A stretch of 64,000 nucleotides of DNA, taken from assembly GCA_942492295.1 (NCBI GenBank), contig CALODW010000005.1, positions 1,605,214 through 1,669,213 on the forward strand, written 5' to 3'. Below the pieces are notes generated by a model. That model was given only the letters and a program-made list of their open reading frames with translations, was not told the origin of the DNA and did no database searches. The DNA is from an uncultured Alphaproteobacteria bacterium (GTDB lineage Bacteria; Pseudomonadota; Alphaproteobacteria; Caulobacterales; Parvularculaceae). Position numbers and translations under genes: made by a program. Numbering within the stretch: the stretch's first letter is position 1; every line of letters starts with the position of its first letter. Positions 62,371-64,000 of the stretch are shown here, piece after piece.

Positions 62371-63930
62371 TCAGTTCATGGTCAGAACTGCCGCGTAGGC
62401 TTCTATTCCATAGAAGAGATTGCCGAGGCGCAGATTCTCATCCGCCGCATGCTGATTGTTATCGTAATTGGCGATGGGCAAAATGACGATGGGCGCGGGT
62501 GAAATGTCCTCAAAAACATAGAGCGGCAGGGAGCCGCCGAGGCTCGGCGTCAGGATGAGATCGTCAGCCGCCACACGCAACGCATTTATCAAGGACGCCA
62601 CACGCGTATCATCCATATCGCTCCGCACCGCACGGTAACCACCGCCGCGCGTAATCTTCGCAATCAACGGATATTGCAAACGCGTTTGCGCATCGGGCTC
62701 TTCGCGAACAATGTGATAGCCCTGACGCTTGATGTGCGCCTCAACGAGATCGACCATCTTTGCCGGATCATTGCCTTTCACCAGCCGCAAACCGATAGAC
62801 GCGCTGGCGCTTGGCGGAATGACATTGCGCGCCGTGGCGCCAACTTCCGCGCTTTTAAGCCCCTTCAGGTTTAACGCCGGCAGCAACAGACGCTCACCCA
62901 GCGGCGCATTGTCGGCCTCTGTTTCCGCGAGGCCGAACGTCGCGCGCAGATCATCATCCACATTGGGCGCTGCGGCGATGGCCGCCCGCTCAGCCTTGGT
63001 GACCGGCGCTGCGGATTTATAAAAGTCCTTTACCAGCACCTCGCCGTCATCGTCTTTCATGCTCGCGAGCAATTGCGCCAGACGCCAGCCCGGCCCCGGC
63101 GCCCAGTTGCCGTAATGACCGCTGTGAAGTCCGCGGTTGGGGCCATAAACCGTCACCTCAAGCCCCGTTACCCCGCGCACGCCAAATACGAGCTGCGCCC
63201 GCCCGCTCTGGTGCGTTGGCCCGTCGCAAAACAGCCAGAGATCGATATCGGAGAACTTATCTGCATAGGCAGCGAGGAAATCATCGAGATGCGCGGAGCC
63301 CGCCTCCTCCTCGCCGTCAAAAACGAGCTTGATGCTCGACGTAAGGCCAATGCCCGCTTCATCGAGCGCGTCAAGCGCCGCCAGCAGGGCCGGGATCGGC
63401 GCTTTATCGTCTCCGGCGGACCGCGCATAAAGCCGCCACTCGTGGTCAATCGCTTCGCCTTCTTCCGGGAACGGAATGATTTCGCCGCCCTCCGTCATGA
63501 CCTCCGAATATAGCGCCGGTTCAAATGGCGGATGGGTCCAGTTCGCCGCCTCCACCGGCTGACCGTCATAGTGGACGTAAATAGCGATGGTGCGGGCGGC
63601 GCCCGGCGTTTCGCGAAGCCCGTAGACCAGCGGCGGTGAACCGTCGACTTCGAGCAACTCCATCTCAAAGCCGCGATCTGCAAACAACGCCGACACATAC
63701 TCAGCATTTCGGCGGATGTTTTCCGCATCATTGGCGTCATTGGGGATGGACAAAAGTTCAGCGAAGCCGCGCAGGATCTCCGCCCCATGCGCCGCGCCCC
63801 AAGCACGCGCCGCTTCCACCGCGCGTTCGCTTTGACTGGCGGTGCTCTTGTCACCCTCGCCCTGCGCGACGGCGGGCGCGCTGCTCGCCATCGAAGCAAC
63901 CAGCGCTATGGCTGTAAATAATGCTCTCAT
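62371..63930 (-). CDS. M20-family metallopeptidase (dipeptidase, ArgE/DapE/CPG2-like), secreted
   Basis: A signal peptide and M20 metal-binding motifs (HYDGQP, GxxDDK, DGEEE). 519 aa. Confidence 0.85.
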   Translation of the reverse strand: MRALFTAIALVASMASSAPAVAQGEGDKSTASQSERAVEAARAWGAAHGAEILRGFAELLSIPNDANDAENIRRNAEYVSALFADRGFEMELLEVDGSPPLVYGLRETPGAARTIAIYVHYDGQPVEAANWTHPPFEPALYSEVMTEGGEIIPFPEEGEAIDHEWRLYARSAGDDKAPIPALLAALDALDEAGIGLTSSIKLVFDGEEEAGSAHLDDFLAAYADKFSDIDLWLFCDGPTHQSGRAQLVFGVRGVTGLEVTVYGPNRGLHSGHYGNWAPGPGWRLAQLLASMKDDDGEVLVKDFYKSAAPVTKAERAAIAAAPNVDDDLRATFGLAETEADNAPLGERLLLPALNLKGLKSAEVGATARNVIPPSASASIGLRLVKGNDPAKMVDLVEAHIKRQGYHIVREEPDAQTRLQYPLIAKITRGGGYRAVRSDMDDTRVASLINALRVAADDLILTPSLGGSLPLYVFEDISPAPIVILPIANYDNNQHAADENLRLGNLFYGIEAYAAVLTMN

Positions 63931-64000
63931 CTTTCGCCTCCCACAAAAAAGCCCGAACGGCCCAACCAGAAAAAGGTGAACACGTCCGGGCTTAAACCAC

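Overview
High-GC, gene-dense chromosomal window, almost certainly from an alphaproteobacterium. The markers are GcrA, a CIRCE element with an RpoH-type promoter ahead of groESL, the tsaE-amgK-murU-addB-addA-trxA block, a phaA/phaB/phaR module, and a GAAC-N7-GAAC SOS box. No transposase, integrase, phage genes or CRISPR array were seen.

Most of the window is housekeeping: lspA-ileS, ribF with a HAD-IIA hydrolase, groESL, thrS, trpA-accD-folC, trxA, addAB, phoR-phoU-phoB, gcrA, hslO, PPK2, and isocitrate lyase with a divergent ScfR/RamB-type regulator.

The less ordinary content is:
- a block just downstream of tRNA-Asp carrying an orphan VPLPA-CTERM sorting-signal protein, a secreted protein built from two unrecognised Cys-containing repeats, a soluble SPFH protein and yidD; an aberrant tRNA-like fragment sits immediately upstream of tRNA-Asp;
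- an envelope glycosylation cluster (an ArnC-like GT2, two tandem ArnT-family glycosyltransferases, a second GT2 and an O-antigen-ligase-like protein) that resembles the Rhizobium Rgt lipid A/core modification pathway;
- a TrmB-like regulator translationally coupled to a CPBP intramembrane protease, followed by MarC;
- two low-complexity Asp/Arg/Tyr-rich envelope proteins;
- a PAS protein with a degenerate GGDEF domain and a conserved EAL domain.

Everything here is inferred by eye from motifs and gene context. No searches or structure predictions were run, and gene starts are approximate.
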